A stretch of 64,000 nt of DNA from an uncultured Clostridia bacterium (GTDB lineage: Bacteria > Bacillota > Clostridia > TANB77 > CAG-508), in contig CAKOUO010000001.1 of the NCBI GenBank assembly GCA_934120645.1, forward strand, positions 203,636 to 267,635. The letters are read 5' to 3'. Positions 28,685-37,708 of the stretch are shown here, piece after piece (position 1 is the first letter of the stretch; every line of letters starts with the position of its first letter). The position numbers and the translations under genes are program-made. The notes beneath the pieces are model-generated. The model was not told where the DNA came from and searched no databases. It was given only the letters and a program-made list of their open reading frames with translations.

Positions 28685-29971
28685 TTATATTTTACAAGCT
28701 TTGACTTTAACTATTCTTTTATCTTCATATTTTTCTATTTTGTATGTTACTTTATCTGTTTCTATAATTGGCTTTTCTTCATCTTCTGGTATTCTTCCTA
28801 ATTCATCTTGCAAATAACCGGATAATGTTTCATAATCTCCATCTGGTATTTCTACTTTTAAAATTTTCTTTAGTTCACTAATTGATATACTTCCATTTAA
28901 TAGGTAGGTATTATCATCAATTTTTTCATATTCATTTTCTATATCATCATACTCATCAAATATATCTCCAACTAATTCTTCTAATATATCTTCCATTGTT
29001 ACAAGTCCTGCTGTTCCTCCATATTCATCTACTATTATTGCCATCTGGTTATTTCTTTTTTGCAGTTCTTTAAAAACTTCGTCAATTGGTTTTGATTGTG
29101 CAACAAAATAAGCTGGTTTTATAATTTCTTTCAATTTCTTATTTTCTTTAGTTTTCATATATTTTAATACATCTTTTAAATACAATATTCCTTTTATTTC
29201 ATCAATACTACTTTCATATACTGGTATTCTACTATATTTATATTCATCTAACTCTTCTATTAATTCATTAACATTAGAGTTTATTTCAATTGCATATATA
29301 TCAGTTCTATGTGTCATTACTTCTGATACTGTTATATCATTAAATTCAAATACATTATTTATTAACTCTTTTTCATTTTCTTCTATTGCTCCTTTTTCTT
29401 CCCCTTGGTCTACCATCATTTTTATTTCTTCTTCTGTTACAGTTTCTTCTTCATTTTGATTTATTCCAAATAGTTTTGATATTTTGTTTGTTACTACTGT
29501 TAGCAATTTTACAAATGGTTGTGTAATTATATAAATAATTCTAATTATACCAATTGAGCTAAATGCTACTTTTTCGCAATATTTCATTGCTATTCTCTTT
29601 GGTACTAATTCTCCAAAAACTAATGTAAAAAAAGATAAAATTATTGTAATAATTATAATAGAAATTGCTTTCCAAGTTCCTAAACTAATGGCTGGAAATA
29701 TATTGTTTAAATTTGGCGCCAAAATATCAGCAAAAGTATCTGAAGCAAATGCACTAGATAAAAATCCAGCAAGTGTAATTCCTATTTGAATTGTTGCTAA
29801 AAATTGACTTGGATTTTTTAACATTTTTAATATTTGTTTTGCTCTTTTATTTCCGTCTTTTTCCATTCTTTCAATTTTTAAATCATTTAATGATATAAAA
29901 GCAATTTCACTTGCTGCAAAAAATGCATTTAATAAAATTAATATTACTAATATTAAAATTTGAACTAACAT
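28685..29971 (-). CDS. HlyC/CorC (CNNM) family transporter: DUF21 membrane domain, CBS pair, CorC_HlyC C-terminal domain
   Basis: N-terminus [25 protein letters not shown] (DUF21 start). CBS region and C-terminal transporter-associated domain. The Met 11 codons into the ORF is preferred as start because of its RBS AAAGGAAAC. Confidence 0.75.
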   Translation of the reverse strand: MLVQILILVILILLNAFFAASEIAFISLNDLKIERMEKDGNKRAKQILKMLKNPSQFLATIQIGITLAGFLSSAFASDTFADILAPNLNNIFPAISLGTWKAISIIIITIILSFFTLVFGELVPKRIAMKYCEKVAFSSIGIIRIIYIITQPFVKLLTVVTNKISKLFGINQNEEETVTEEEIKMMVDQGEEKGAIEENEKELINNVFEFNDITVSEVMTHRTDIYAIEINSNVNELIEELDEYKYSRIPVYESSIDEIKGILYLKDVLKYMKTKENKKLKEIIKPAYFVAQSKPIDEVFKELQKRNNQMAIIVDEYGGTAGLVTMEDILEELVGDIFDEYDDIENEYEKIDDNTYLLNGSISISELKKILKVEIPDGDYETLSGYLQDELGRIPEDEEKPIIETDKVTYKIEKYEDKRIVKVKACKI

Positions 29972-30053
29972 ATATTGTTTCCTTTCTTTGTATATTATAA
30001 CCAATATATGTTTTTTCTTTCAAAAAAATGTGCCAAATAATTGACACATTTTT

Positions 30054-31301
30054 TTAATTATTTTTATCTCTATAAACTTTTATAATATCTTTAAAAGTCA
30101 TTTTTGTTCCATAATTTAGTATGGCATTAGAATAAATTTTTATTGCAACTTTGGCAATTATTAAAATTGTTACTATTAATATAGCTATTGAAATAATTAC
30201 ATCTTTTGTATTTGCTAATCCCATCATAATTCTAAATGGCATACAGAATGGTGATGAAACTGGGAACATTGATGCAAAAACATTTAGTTCACTTGTAGGA
30301 TTCATCATTGTAAAATAAGATAAGTAAAAGCCTATAACTGCTAATAGTGCAACTGGTGTATTAGCTGATTGTATATCTTCTGGTTTACTTACTGTTGATC
30401 CTGTAAGTGCATATAATAATGCATATGTAAAATATCCTAGTATAAAGTATATAATTGTTACAATTCCTAAATATGGTGTAATATTTGACATATCTAATAT
30501 AGAATCTAATGTACCTGGTTCTAAAAATGCTTTTGCACTAATTATAGCTGTTCCTACAATTAATATCATTTGTATTAGTCCTATTATTCCAATTCCTATT
30601 GTTTTTCCTAATACAATTATTCTTGGGCTTGTTGATGTTACTAATGTTTCCATTATTTTTGATGTTTTTTCTGTTGTTATTGAACTTGATACTTGATAAG
30701 CACAGAAATATATAGCATAAAATAGTACTAAGCTTAGAAGCATTATAGCAAAAACATTTCCACTTGCTTTTTGTTCTTCTGTTTGTTCAATACTATAATT
30801 AAAATCAGGTGTAATAGATTTTAATTGTTCTGGTGTTAATCCTAATTTATTTATTTGTAAATTAGAATAAATAGAATTTATTGCATTTACTAGTTCTTCT
30901 GGAACAGTTGTACTATAAGAATTCATATTTTTTACAATATATCTTATATTTGTATTATCAGATTGTTTTTCTATTAAAAGTACTGCTTCAAGTTCTTCAT
31001 TTTCTATTTTTTCTTTTATTTCATCATATTGTATTTTTTTATTTTCTACTTCTATATTATATCCTAAATTTAGATTTTTTAATTGTTCTAATGTTCCTTC
31101 AAATACGTTTTCACTATCTATAATTAATAATTTGTCTTGTGTATTTTCGTCACCTTTAATTGTTTTTATAAATTTAGGAATATTAAATCCTATTACAATT
31201 AATACTAAAATAATTAATGTTGATACAATAAATGATTTTCTTTTTGCCATATCTTTCATTGTAAATTTTATTACTGTTAATAAATCTTTCATTTTATTCA
31301 C
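30054..31301 (-). CDS. ABC-2 type transporter permease (NatB-like)
   Basis: N-terminal TM helix, large extracytoplasmic loop, then 5 C-terminal TM helices. Overlaps the upstream ATPase gene by 8 nt. Confidence 0.65.
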   Translation of the reverse strand: MNKMKDLLTVIKFTMKDMAKRKSFIVSTLIILVLIVIGFNIPKFIKTIKGDENTQDKLLIIDSENVFEGTLEQLKNLNLGYNIEVENKKIQYDEIKEKIENEELEAVLLIEKQSDNTNIRYIVKNMNSYSTTVPEELVNAINSIYSNLQINKLGLTPEQLKSITPDFNYSIEQTEEQKASGNVFAIMLLSLVLFYAIYFCAYQVSSSITTEKTSKIMETLVTSTSPRIIVLGKTIGIGIIGLIQMILIVGTAIISAKAFLEPGTLDSILDMSNITPYLGIVTIIYFILGYFTYALLYALTGSTVSKPEDIQSANTPVALLAVIGFYLSYFTMMNPTSELNVFASMFPVSSPFCMPFRIMMGLANTKDVIISIAILIVTILIIAKVAIKIYSNAILNYGTKMTFKDIIKVYRDKNN

Positions 31302-32184
31302 CCACCTTTTCTATAAATATATCATTTAGTGTTGGCTTTTCAATTTCAAATTTATTAATTTGTATACCATCTTCTACCAAATTACTTAAAAGTTCTCTTG
31401 CTTTATTTTCATCATCTATTTTTATTGTGTATTGATTATTTTTTTCATTTTCTATTTTTAAATTAAATTTTTCTATATAATTATCTATTTTTTGGTTTGT
31501 ATCTATTTCTAGTCTATTTGCTGGATAAGTTGCCTTTATTTCTTTTAAGTTTCCTTGTAATACTGTTTTTCCTTTATTTAAAATTAAAATGTCGCTACAA
31601 AATTCTTCTATTGTAGCCATTTGATGTGCTGACATAATAACATATTTTCCATCTGCTACTAATTTTATTATAATATTTTTTAGAATTTCTGTATTTACTG
31701 GATCTAATCCACTGAATGGTTCATCTAATACTACCAATTCTGGATTATGTATAATTGCTGTCATAAATTGAATTTTTTGTTGATTTCCTTTTGATAATTT
31801 TTCTGCAGGCATTTGTAAGTATTCTTCTACTTTTAATTCTTTTGCCCATTTTTTTATTGCATTATCTGCTTCTTGTTTTTTCATTCCCTTTAATTCTGCA
31901 AAATACATTAATTGGTCATATATTTTTGTTTTTGGATATACACCTCTTTCTTCTGGTAAATATCCAAAGTTAACATTTTTTCTTTCTACTGTTTTTCCAT
32001 TCCAAGTTATTTCTCCACTATCTTTTTTTATAATTCCTAATAGCATTCTTATTGTTGTTGTTTTTCCGGCTCCATTTGTTCCTAGTAATCCAAAAACTCC
32101 TGGTTTATCTAAAGTAATTGATATATTGTCAACTGCTTTTTTACCTACAAAGTTTTTAGAAACATTTTTAAGTATTAAACCCAT
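31294..32184 (-). CDS. ABC transporter ATP-binding protein (NatA-like)
   Basis: Walker A GTNGAGKTT, signature LSKGNQQK and Walker B VVLDEP. Confidence 0.85.
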   Translation of the reverse strand: MGLILKNVSKNFVGKKAVDNISITLDKPGVFGLLGTNGAGKTTTIRMLLGIIKKDSGEITWNGKTVERKNVNFGYLPEERGVYPKTKIYDQLMYFAELKGMKKQEADNAIKKWAKELKVEEYLQMPAEKLSKGNQQKIQFMTAIIHNPELVVLDEPFSGLDPVNTEILKNIIIKLVADGKYVIMSAHQMATIEEFCSDILILNKGKTVLQGNLKEIKATYPANRLEIDTNQKIDNYIEKFNLKIENEKNNQYTIKIDDENKARELLSNLVEDGIQINKFEIEKPTLNDIFIEKVGE

Positions 32185-32233
32185 TTTTTCACTCTCCTTT
32201 TATTTTCCCTTTGCAATTCTATCATTAACACTT

Positions 32234-33382
32234 TTAATTGTCTATATTTCTTATCTTTTTGACTACTTGTTCTAAATTTTCTAATAAGTAATCCACTTCT
32301 TCTTTAGTATTATATTTTCCTATTGTAACTCTAAGTGAACTACGTGCTAATTCATTTGATAGACCTATTGCTATAAGTACATGTGATGGATCTAATGAGC
32401 CTGATGTGCAAGCACTACCACTTGATGCATATATTCCTTTTAAATCTAAATTTATTAGTAAACTTTCTCCATCTACATTTTTAAATGAGATATTACTGTT
32501 TCCAGGTAATCTTTCTTCCATATTTCCGTTTATTGTTATATCTGGTATTCTTTTTTGTACTTCTGAAATATAATAATCTCTTAATTTTCTTATTTTATCT
32601 GTATGCTCATTTAAATTTTTATATGCAATTTCAATTGCTTTACCAAGTCCTACAATTGCTGGTACATTTTCTGTTCCAGCTCTTTTATTTCTTTCTTGGT
32701 GCCCACCATTTATAAATTTTTGAAATTCTACATTTTTTCTAACATATAGTACTCCTATTCCCTTTGGTCCATAGAATTTATGTGCAGACATTGAAAGTGC
32801 ATCTATATTCATATTTTTTACATCTATTAGTTCACTTCCAACTGCTTGCACAGCATCTGTATGGAATATTATATTATGTTCTTTTGCTATTTTTCCTATT
32901 TCTTTTATTGGTTGAATAGTTCCTATTTCGTTATTTGCAAACATTATTGTTATTAATATTGTTTCTGGTTTTATTGCTTGTTTTAGTTCTTCTAAATCTA
33001 TGATTCCATCATTTTTAACATTTAAATATGTTACTTCATATCCTTCTTTTTCTAGTTGTCTACATGTGTCTAAAACTGCTGGATGTTCTATTTTTGATGT
33101 TATTATATGTTTTCCTTTATTTTGATATTTGTATGCAATTCCTCTTATTGCTGTGTTGTCACTTTCACTTCCTCCTGCTGTAAAATATATTTCGTCTGTT
33201 TCGCAGTTTAGAACTTTTGCAACCTTTTCTCTTGCTTCTTCTATTGCTTCTTTACTTTGTCTTCCTATTTTATAAATACTAGATGCGTTTCCATAATGTT
33301 CTTTTAAATATGGCATCATTTCTTTTAAAACTTCTTCGTCTAATTTTGTTGTTGCACTATTGTCAAAATATACTTCTTTCAT
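32234..33382 (-). CDS. nifS: Cysteine desulfurase (NifS/IscS family, class V aminotransferase)
   Basis: N-terminus YFDNSATTKLDEEV, PLP-lysine region SMSAHKFYGPKGIGVLY, active-site loop SSGSACTSG. Confidence 0.85.
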   Translation of the reverse strand: MKEVYFDNSATTKLDEEVLKEMMPYLKEHYGNASSIYKIGRQSKEAIEEAREKVAKVLNCETDEIYFTAGGSESDNTAIRGIAYKYQNKGKHIITSKIEHPAVLDTCRQLEKEGYEVTYLNVKNDGIIDLEELKQAIKPETILITIMFANNEIGTIQPIKEIGKIAKEHNIIFHTDAVQAVGSELIDVKNMNIDALSMSAHKFYGPKGIGVLYVRKNVEFQKFINGGHQERNKRAGTENVPAIVGLGKAIEIAYKNLNEHTDKIRKLRDYYISEVQKRIPDITINGNMEERLPGNSNISFKNVDGESLLINLDLKGIYASSGSACTSGSLDPSHVLIAIGLSNELARSSLRVTIGKYNTKEEVDYLLENLEQVVKKIRNIDN

Positions 33383-33487
33383 TTTATTTCTCCTATTTTT
33401 ATACTTTTATATTAAAAATTATAATGTTTATTTTTAATTATGTCAATGTTGTTATATTGTTTTTGTTTCCATTAGATTAAAAATTAA

Positions 33488-33652
33488 TATAGTTCTATTT
33501 TGATATTTTTTGGATGTGATTGGAGCAATATTAGAAAATCTTAAATACTTTTATGGAAAGAGTTCATTTTTATAATGGAAGGGTGCCATAAAAGTATTTT
33601 AGAGTTTCTTAATTGCGTATTGAACTTAAAAAAATATCAAAATAAAACTATA
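33488..33652. repeat. Nested inverted repeats in the nifS upstream/leader region: an outer IR of about 23 bp (tatagttctattttgatattttt / aaaaatatcaaaataaaactata) and an inner 14-bp IR (aaatacttttatgg / ccataaaagtattt)
   Basis: Read directly. The two IRs are nested, giving a potential extended stem-loop of about 165 nt. Confidence 0.45.
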
Positions 33653-33733
33653 TTAATGTTATACCTATGAATATTTTAAAGATAATCATCAAAAAAAAGG
33701 AAATAGACAAAATATCTATCTCCTTTTAGTTAA

Positions 33734-34894
33734 TTACATAGCTCTTCTATATAATTCAATGAAATCTTCTTTAGAAACTTCTCTTGGATTTCCTGGTTTA
33801 CAAGGGTCTTCCATAGCTTTATCAGCAAGCATTTCAAAATCTTCTTCTCTTGCACCATAATCTTTTATTGTTTGAGTAATACCAACTGCTTTAGAAAGTT
33901 CGCTAATCATCCATACAAATGTATTTATAACATCTTGGTCATTTAGATGTGCAGCGTCTGGTCTACCAATTTCACATAGGATTTCTCTAAATCTTTGTGC
34001 TGTTTCTGGATTTTCACCATTAAATCTCATAACTGTTGGTAAAAGCATAGCATTTGCAATTCCGTGTGGTGTATCATATACTGCTCCTAATTGATGTGCC
34101 ATTGAGTGAACTATTCCAAGTCCTACATTTGAGAATCCCATTCCTGCAATATATTGTGCCATTCCCATCATTTCAACAGCCTTAGGGTCTTTATCATTTA
34201 CAGCAGCTGCTAAATATTTGAATATTAATTTTATAGCTTTCATATGGAACATATCTGACATTTCATTATGTGCTTTTGTTATATATCCTTCTACTGCATG
34301 TGTTAATGCATCCATTCCTGTTGCTGCAGCAAGTGATTTTGGCATTGATGCCATTAATTCTGAATCAACTATTGCTACAATAGGAATATCATTAGGGTCT
34401 ACACATACCATTTTTACTTTTCTTTCTTCGTCTGTTATTACATAGTTTATTGTAACTTCTGATGCTGTTCCTGCTGTTGTAGGTAATGCAATTAGTGGCA
34501 TTCCTCTATTTATTGTATTTGATACTCCACATAAAGATTTTATATCAGCTCTATCTGGATTTGTCATTACTATTGAAATTCCTTTAGCTGTGTCCATACT
34601 TGAACCACCACCAACTGCAACGATTACATCAGCTCCTGATTCTTTACATGCTGTTACTCCATCTGTTACATTTTTTATTGTTGGGTTTGGTTTGATTTCG
34701 TCATATAGTGAATATTCAATTCCTGCATCTGTTAATATTTTTTCTACCTTAGCAGCAACTCCTGCTTCTACTAATGGTTTATCACTTACTAAAAATACTT
34801 TCTTAAAATTTCTTTTTTTTATTTCCTCTGCTAGACTTTCTCTAGCTCCATTTCCAAAATAAGATGTTTCGTTTAATACAAATTTTACTGACAT
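33734..34894 (-). CDS. Iron-containing (group III) alcohol dehydrogenase
   Basis: NAD-binding motif VIVAVGGGSSMDTAK and Fe-binding His residues (HAVEGY..., HSMAHQLG). 386 aa. Confidence 0.8.
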   Translation of the reverse strand: MSVKFVLNETSYFGNGARESLAEEIKKRNFKKVFLVSDKPLVEAGVAAKVEKILTDAGIEYSLYDEIKPNPTIKNVTDGVTACKESGADVIVAVGGGSSMDTAKGISIVMTNPDRADIKSLCGVSNTINRGMPLIALPTTAGTASEVTINYVITDEERKVKMVCVDPNDIPIVAIVDSELMASMPKSLAAATGMDALTHAVEGYITKAHNEMSDMFHMKAIKLIFKYLAAAVNDKDPKAVEMMGMAQYIAGMGFSNVGLGIVHSMAHQLGAVYDTPHGIANAMLLPTVMRFNGENPETAQRFREILCEIGRPDAAHLNDQDVINTFVWMISELSKAVGITQTIKDYGAREEDFEMLADKAMEDPCKPGNPREVSKEDFIELYRRAM

Positions 34895-34927
34895 TTTAAA
34901 TTCCTCCTTAATTTATCCTTTATGGAT

Positions 34928-36361
34928 TTATAAAATATTTTTTAATACTATTGTTTTTAATCTTGACATTTCGGCTAAAGTTGTTGCTACTCCTTCGTTA
35001 CCTATTCCAGAATGTTTCCATCCTCCAAATGGCATTTCAAATGAGCGATAAAAGCTTGCTCCATTTATAACTGCTCCACCACATTCTAATTTGTCTGCTA
35101 TTTTCATTCCTAATGAGTAATCTTTAGTTATAACACATCCACATAATCCATATGATGAGCTGTTGGCTATCTCTATTGCTTCATCCACAGTATCAAATCC
35201 TATAACACTTACTACTGGTCCAAATATTTCCATATCCTTTGCAACTTCCATATCTTTTGTTACATTATCTAGCACTGTTGGATAATAATATGCATCTTCT
35301 CTTTTTCCACCACATATTATTTTTGCCCCTTCTTCAACCATTTTATTTACTTGTTCTTCTATCCTTTTAGCTGCATTTATATTTATCATTGGTCCCATTT
35401 CTGTTTTTTCATCCATTGGATCTCCAACTTTTATACTTAATGCTAACTCTTTTGCTTTTTCAATAAATTCTTGTTTTCTTGAATTATGAACTAAAAATCT
35501 TTTGCTTGCACAACATACTTGTCCACCATTATAAAATCTACCCCATTTTAATTCTCTCATTGCTAATTCTATGTCGCCATCTTCTAAGAATATAAATGCA
35601 TCATTTCCTCCTAATTCTAGCATTACATGTGTTAGATTTTTTGATGCTGTTCCCATTGTTTGTATTCCTGCTGCTGTTCCTCCTGTTAATGATACTAGAT
35701 GTACTCCTGGGTGTCTTGCTAGTGCTTGTCCTGCTTTTGGTCCATCACCTGTTAATATTTGAATACATCCTGCTGGAACTCCTGCTTCTATCATTAATTT
35801 TACATATTCTATCAATGTTAATGGGTTATAGTTTGATGGTTTTACTATTATACTATTTCCCATTAATAGTGCTGGTGGTACTTTTTGGCAGAATAAATCA
35901 CTTGGGAAGTTAAATGGTATTATTGCTGCTATAACTCCTATTGGATATCTTTTTGTTATTTGCATTGTTGTTTCTTGCCCAGCTTCTGTTCCTGCTGGTA
36001 TGCTTTCACCATAAAAATGTTTTGCTCTTTCTACAAATGCTCTTACACCAATTCTTACATTTGCAATTTCTCCTCTTGCTTCATTTATTGGCTTTCCTGT
36101 TTCATTTGATAACAATGTTGCTAATCTTTCTTTATTTTCTTCTACTAAATCAACAAATTTATATAATTTTTCTGCTCTTTCATATATTGATACTTTTTCC
36201 CATTTTTTTTGTTCTATTAAAGCTATTTTTACAGCTTCATCTACATCTTCTTCTGTAACATTTGGCACAGTATCAATTAATTCTTGGGTTGCTGGATTAA
36301 CAACCTCTATTGTAGCTCCATCGCTAGCTTCTTTCCATTCATATCCTATTAAATTTTTCAT
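34928..36361 (-). CDS. NAD(P)-dependent aldehyde dehydrogenase
   Basis: ALDH catalytic motifs LELGGNDAFI (Glu active site) and FYNGGQVCCASKRFLV (Cys active site). 477 aa. Confidence 0.85.
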   Translation of the reverse strand: MKNLIGYEWKEASDGATIEVVNPATQELIDTVPNVTEEDVDEAVKIALIEQKKWEKVSIYERAEKLYKFVDLVEENKERLATLLSNETGKPINEARGEIANVRIGVRAFVERAKHFYGESIPAGTEAGQETTMQITKRYPIGVIAAIIPFNFPSDLFCQKVPPALLMGNSIIVKPSNYNPLTLIEYVKLMIEAGVPAGCIQILTGDGPKAGQALARHPGVHLVSLTGGTAAGIQTMGTASKNLTHVMLELGGNDAFIFLEDGDIELAMRELKWGRFYNGGQVCCASKRFLVHNSRKQEFIEKAKELALSIKVGDPMDEKTEMGPMININAAKRIEEQVNKMVEEGAKIICGGKREDAYYYPTVLDNVTKDMEVAKDMEIFGPVVSVIGFDTVDEAIEIANSSSYGLCGCVITKDYSLGMKIADKLECGGAVINGASFYRSFEMPFGGWKHSGIGNEGVATTLAEMSRLKTIVLKNIL

Positions 36362-36406
36362 AGTAGCACCTTCCTTTTTATTTAATATTTTACATTCATC
36401 TGCTCT

Positions 36407-37573
36407 TCATTTTCCAAATGCTGTAAATGATAGCATTAAACCTCCTGTTGTATTTCCGCCATTATCTTCTACTCCATATTCTCCAAATGTAAATACTGTT
36501 AAAAATGGTACTCCTTTTGCTTCTTTCTTTAATTGTTTTGCTACTTCGTCTATTCTGTCTCCAATTCCTAATCTTCTTCCTCCACAATGAACTAAAAGGT
36601 ATGCTCCTGGTTCTGTGTTCATTTTTTTGTTTACATTTTTTAATGTTTTTCCTGTTGAATCTATTAATTCATCAACTGTTGCTTCCATTTGAATTACTGC
36701 TGTATTAACTGCTAAATTTGCTCCTATATTCATAGAATTATCTTTATTTGCAAACATTGGATGTCTTATTGCTACTAAGTCACCTAATCTGTCTTTTACC
36801 CCTAAAGGTGCTGTTATTGTTTGTACTAATAGATTGTTACCTTCTAAATCTTTTATTTTTTTACTTGTCCATTTAGAATACTTTTCAACTGCTGGTTCTC
36901 CATCAATTGTAACTAGTGTTCTTTTTCCTTTAACTTCTGTTATTATTCCTGAATTTGTTGTTTCGTGATATTCTCCTGTAAATACATTTACAATTTCTTT
37001 GTCTGTATAGAAAAATGCTACTGCTACACCATCACTAAATATTTTATCGTTTGTGTATATGCTCCATTTTCCTTCTACTGTATTATCTGCTGCACTTCCT
37101 CCAAATACTGGTACCATACCAATTACTTCTTGTATTCCTTTAATGTATTCTTCCTCTTCTGCTGGTGATGCTACCATATAAAAATATGCTGGTGCATCAT
37201 TTCTTCCTGCATTTTTCATAGCTTCTTGTGCTACTTTTTTTCCTGTTTCTCTTGGGTCGTTTTCTCGTGGTGAACTTGCTACTCCTACATTTAAGTCTGG
37301 ATCTCCTAATGCTAATATTCCTGTAAATCCGTTTTCTGATGAGATAAATCCATCTGGTGTTATTATTCCCGCACTAGATGTGCATCCTATGATTGGTGCT
37401 GTTCCTAATTCTGATTTTGCACCTTCTAAAACTTTTGCTACATTGCAATCTACTGATGTATATAAAAATGCTACTTTTGTTTGAATTAAATCTACTACAG
37501 CTTTGGCAGCTGAGTCCTTTCCTTGATTATAACTGTCTGCGTTTGTACTCCATCCTACATTTGATTTTAACAT
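36407..37573 (-). CDS. FIST-domain protein (FIST_N + FIST_C), first gene of the FIST-ALDH-ADH cluster
   Basis: 388 aa. Motifs IIGCTSSAGIITPDGF and the overall organisation are reminiscent of standalone FIST sensor-like proteins. Family assignment from memory only. Confidence 0.45.
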   Translation of the reverse strand: MLKSNVGWSTNADSYNQGKDSAAKAVVDLIQTKVAFLYTSVDCNVAKVLEGAKSELGTAPIIGCTSSAGIITPDGFISSENGFTGILALGDPDLNVGVASSPRENDPRETGKKVAQEAMKNAGRNDAPAYFYMVASPAEEEEYIKGIQEVIGMVPVFGGSAADNTVEGKWSIYTNDKIFSDGVAVAFFYTDKEIVNVFTGEYHETTNSGIITEVKGKRTLVTIDGEPAVEKYSKWTSKKIKDLEGNNLLVQTITAPLGVKDRLGDLVAIRHPMFANKDNSMNIGANLAVNTAVIQMEATVDELIDSTGKTLKNVNKKMNTEPGAYLLVHCGGRRLGIGDRIDEVAKQLKKEAKGVPFLTVFTFGEYGVEDNGGNTTGGLMLSFTAFGK

Positions 37574-37682
37574 ATAAGATTCCTCCTTCGTATTAATTAT
37601 ACCCAGATTATATCAATAATAATTTTTTTATACAAGTGTTTTTGAAAAAATCACAAAATATTCATATTTTTTAAAAAAGTGG

Positions 37683-37708
37683 AAAAAACCAGATAGTTCT
37701 GGTTTTAA
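37683..37708. terminator. Hairpin aaccagatagttctggtt + T-run (minus-strand orientation) downstream of the 653-aa pilin-like gene
   Basis: Overlaps the stop codon region of the 37705 gene. On the minus strand the T-run follows the stem. Confidence 0.45.

Noticed and set aside
33541-33600. Possible T-box leader upstream of nifS because of a ggaagggtgccat segment
   Set aside because: The segment is on the wrong strand relative to nifS and does not match the conserved T-box sequence AGGGTGGNACCGCG. No specifier-loop or antiterminator architecture is evident.
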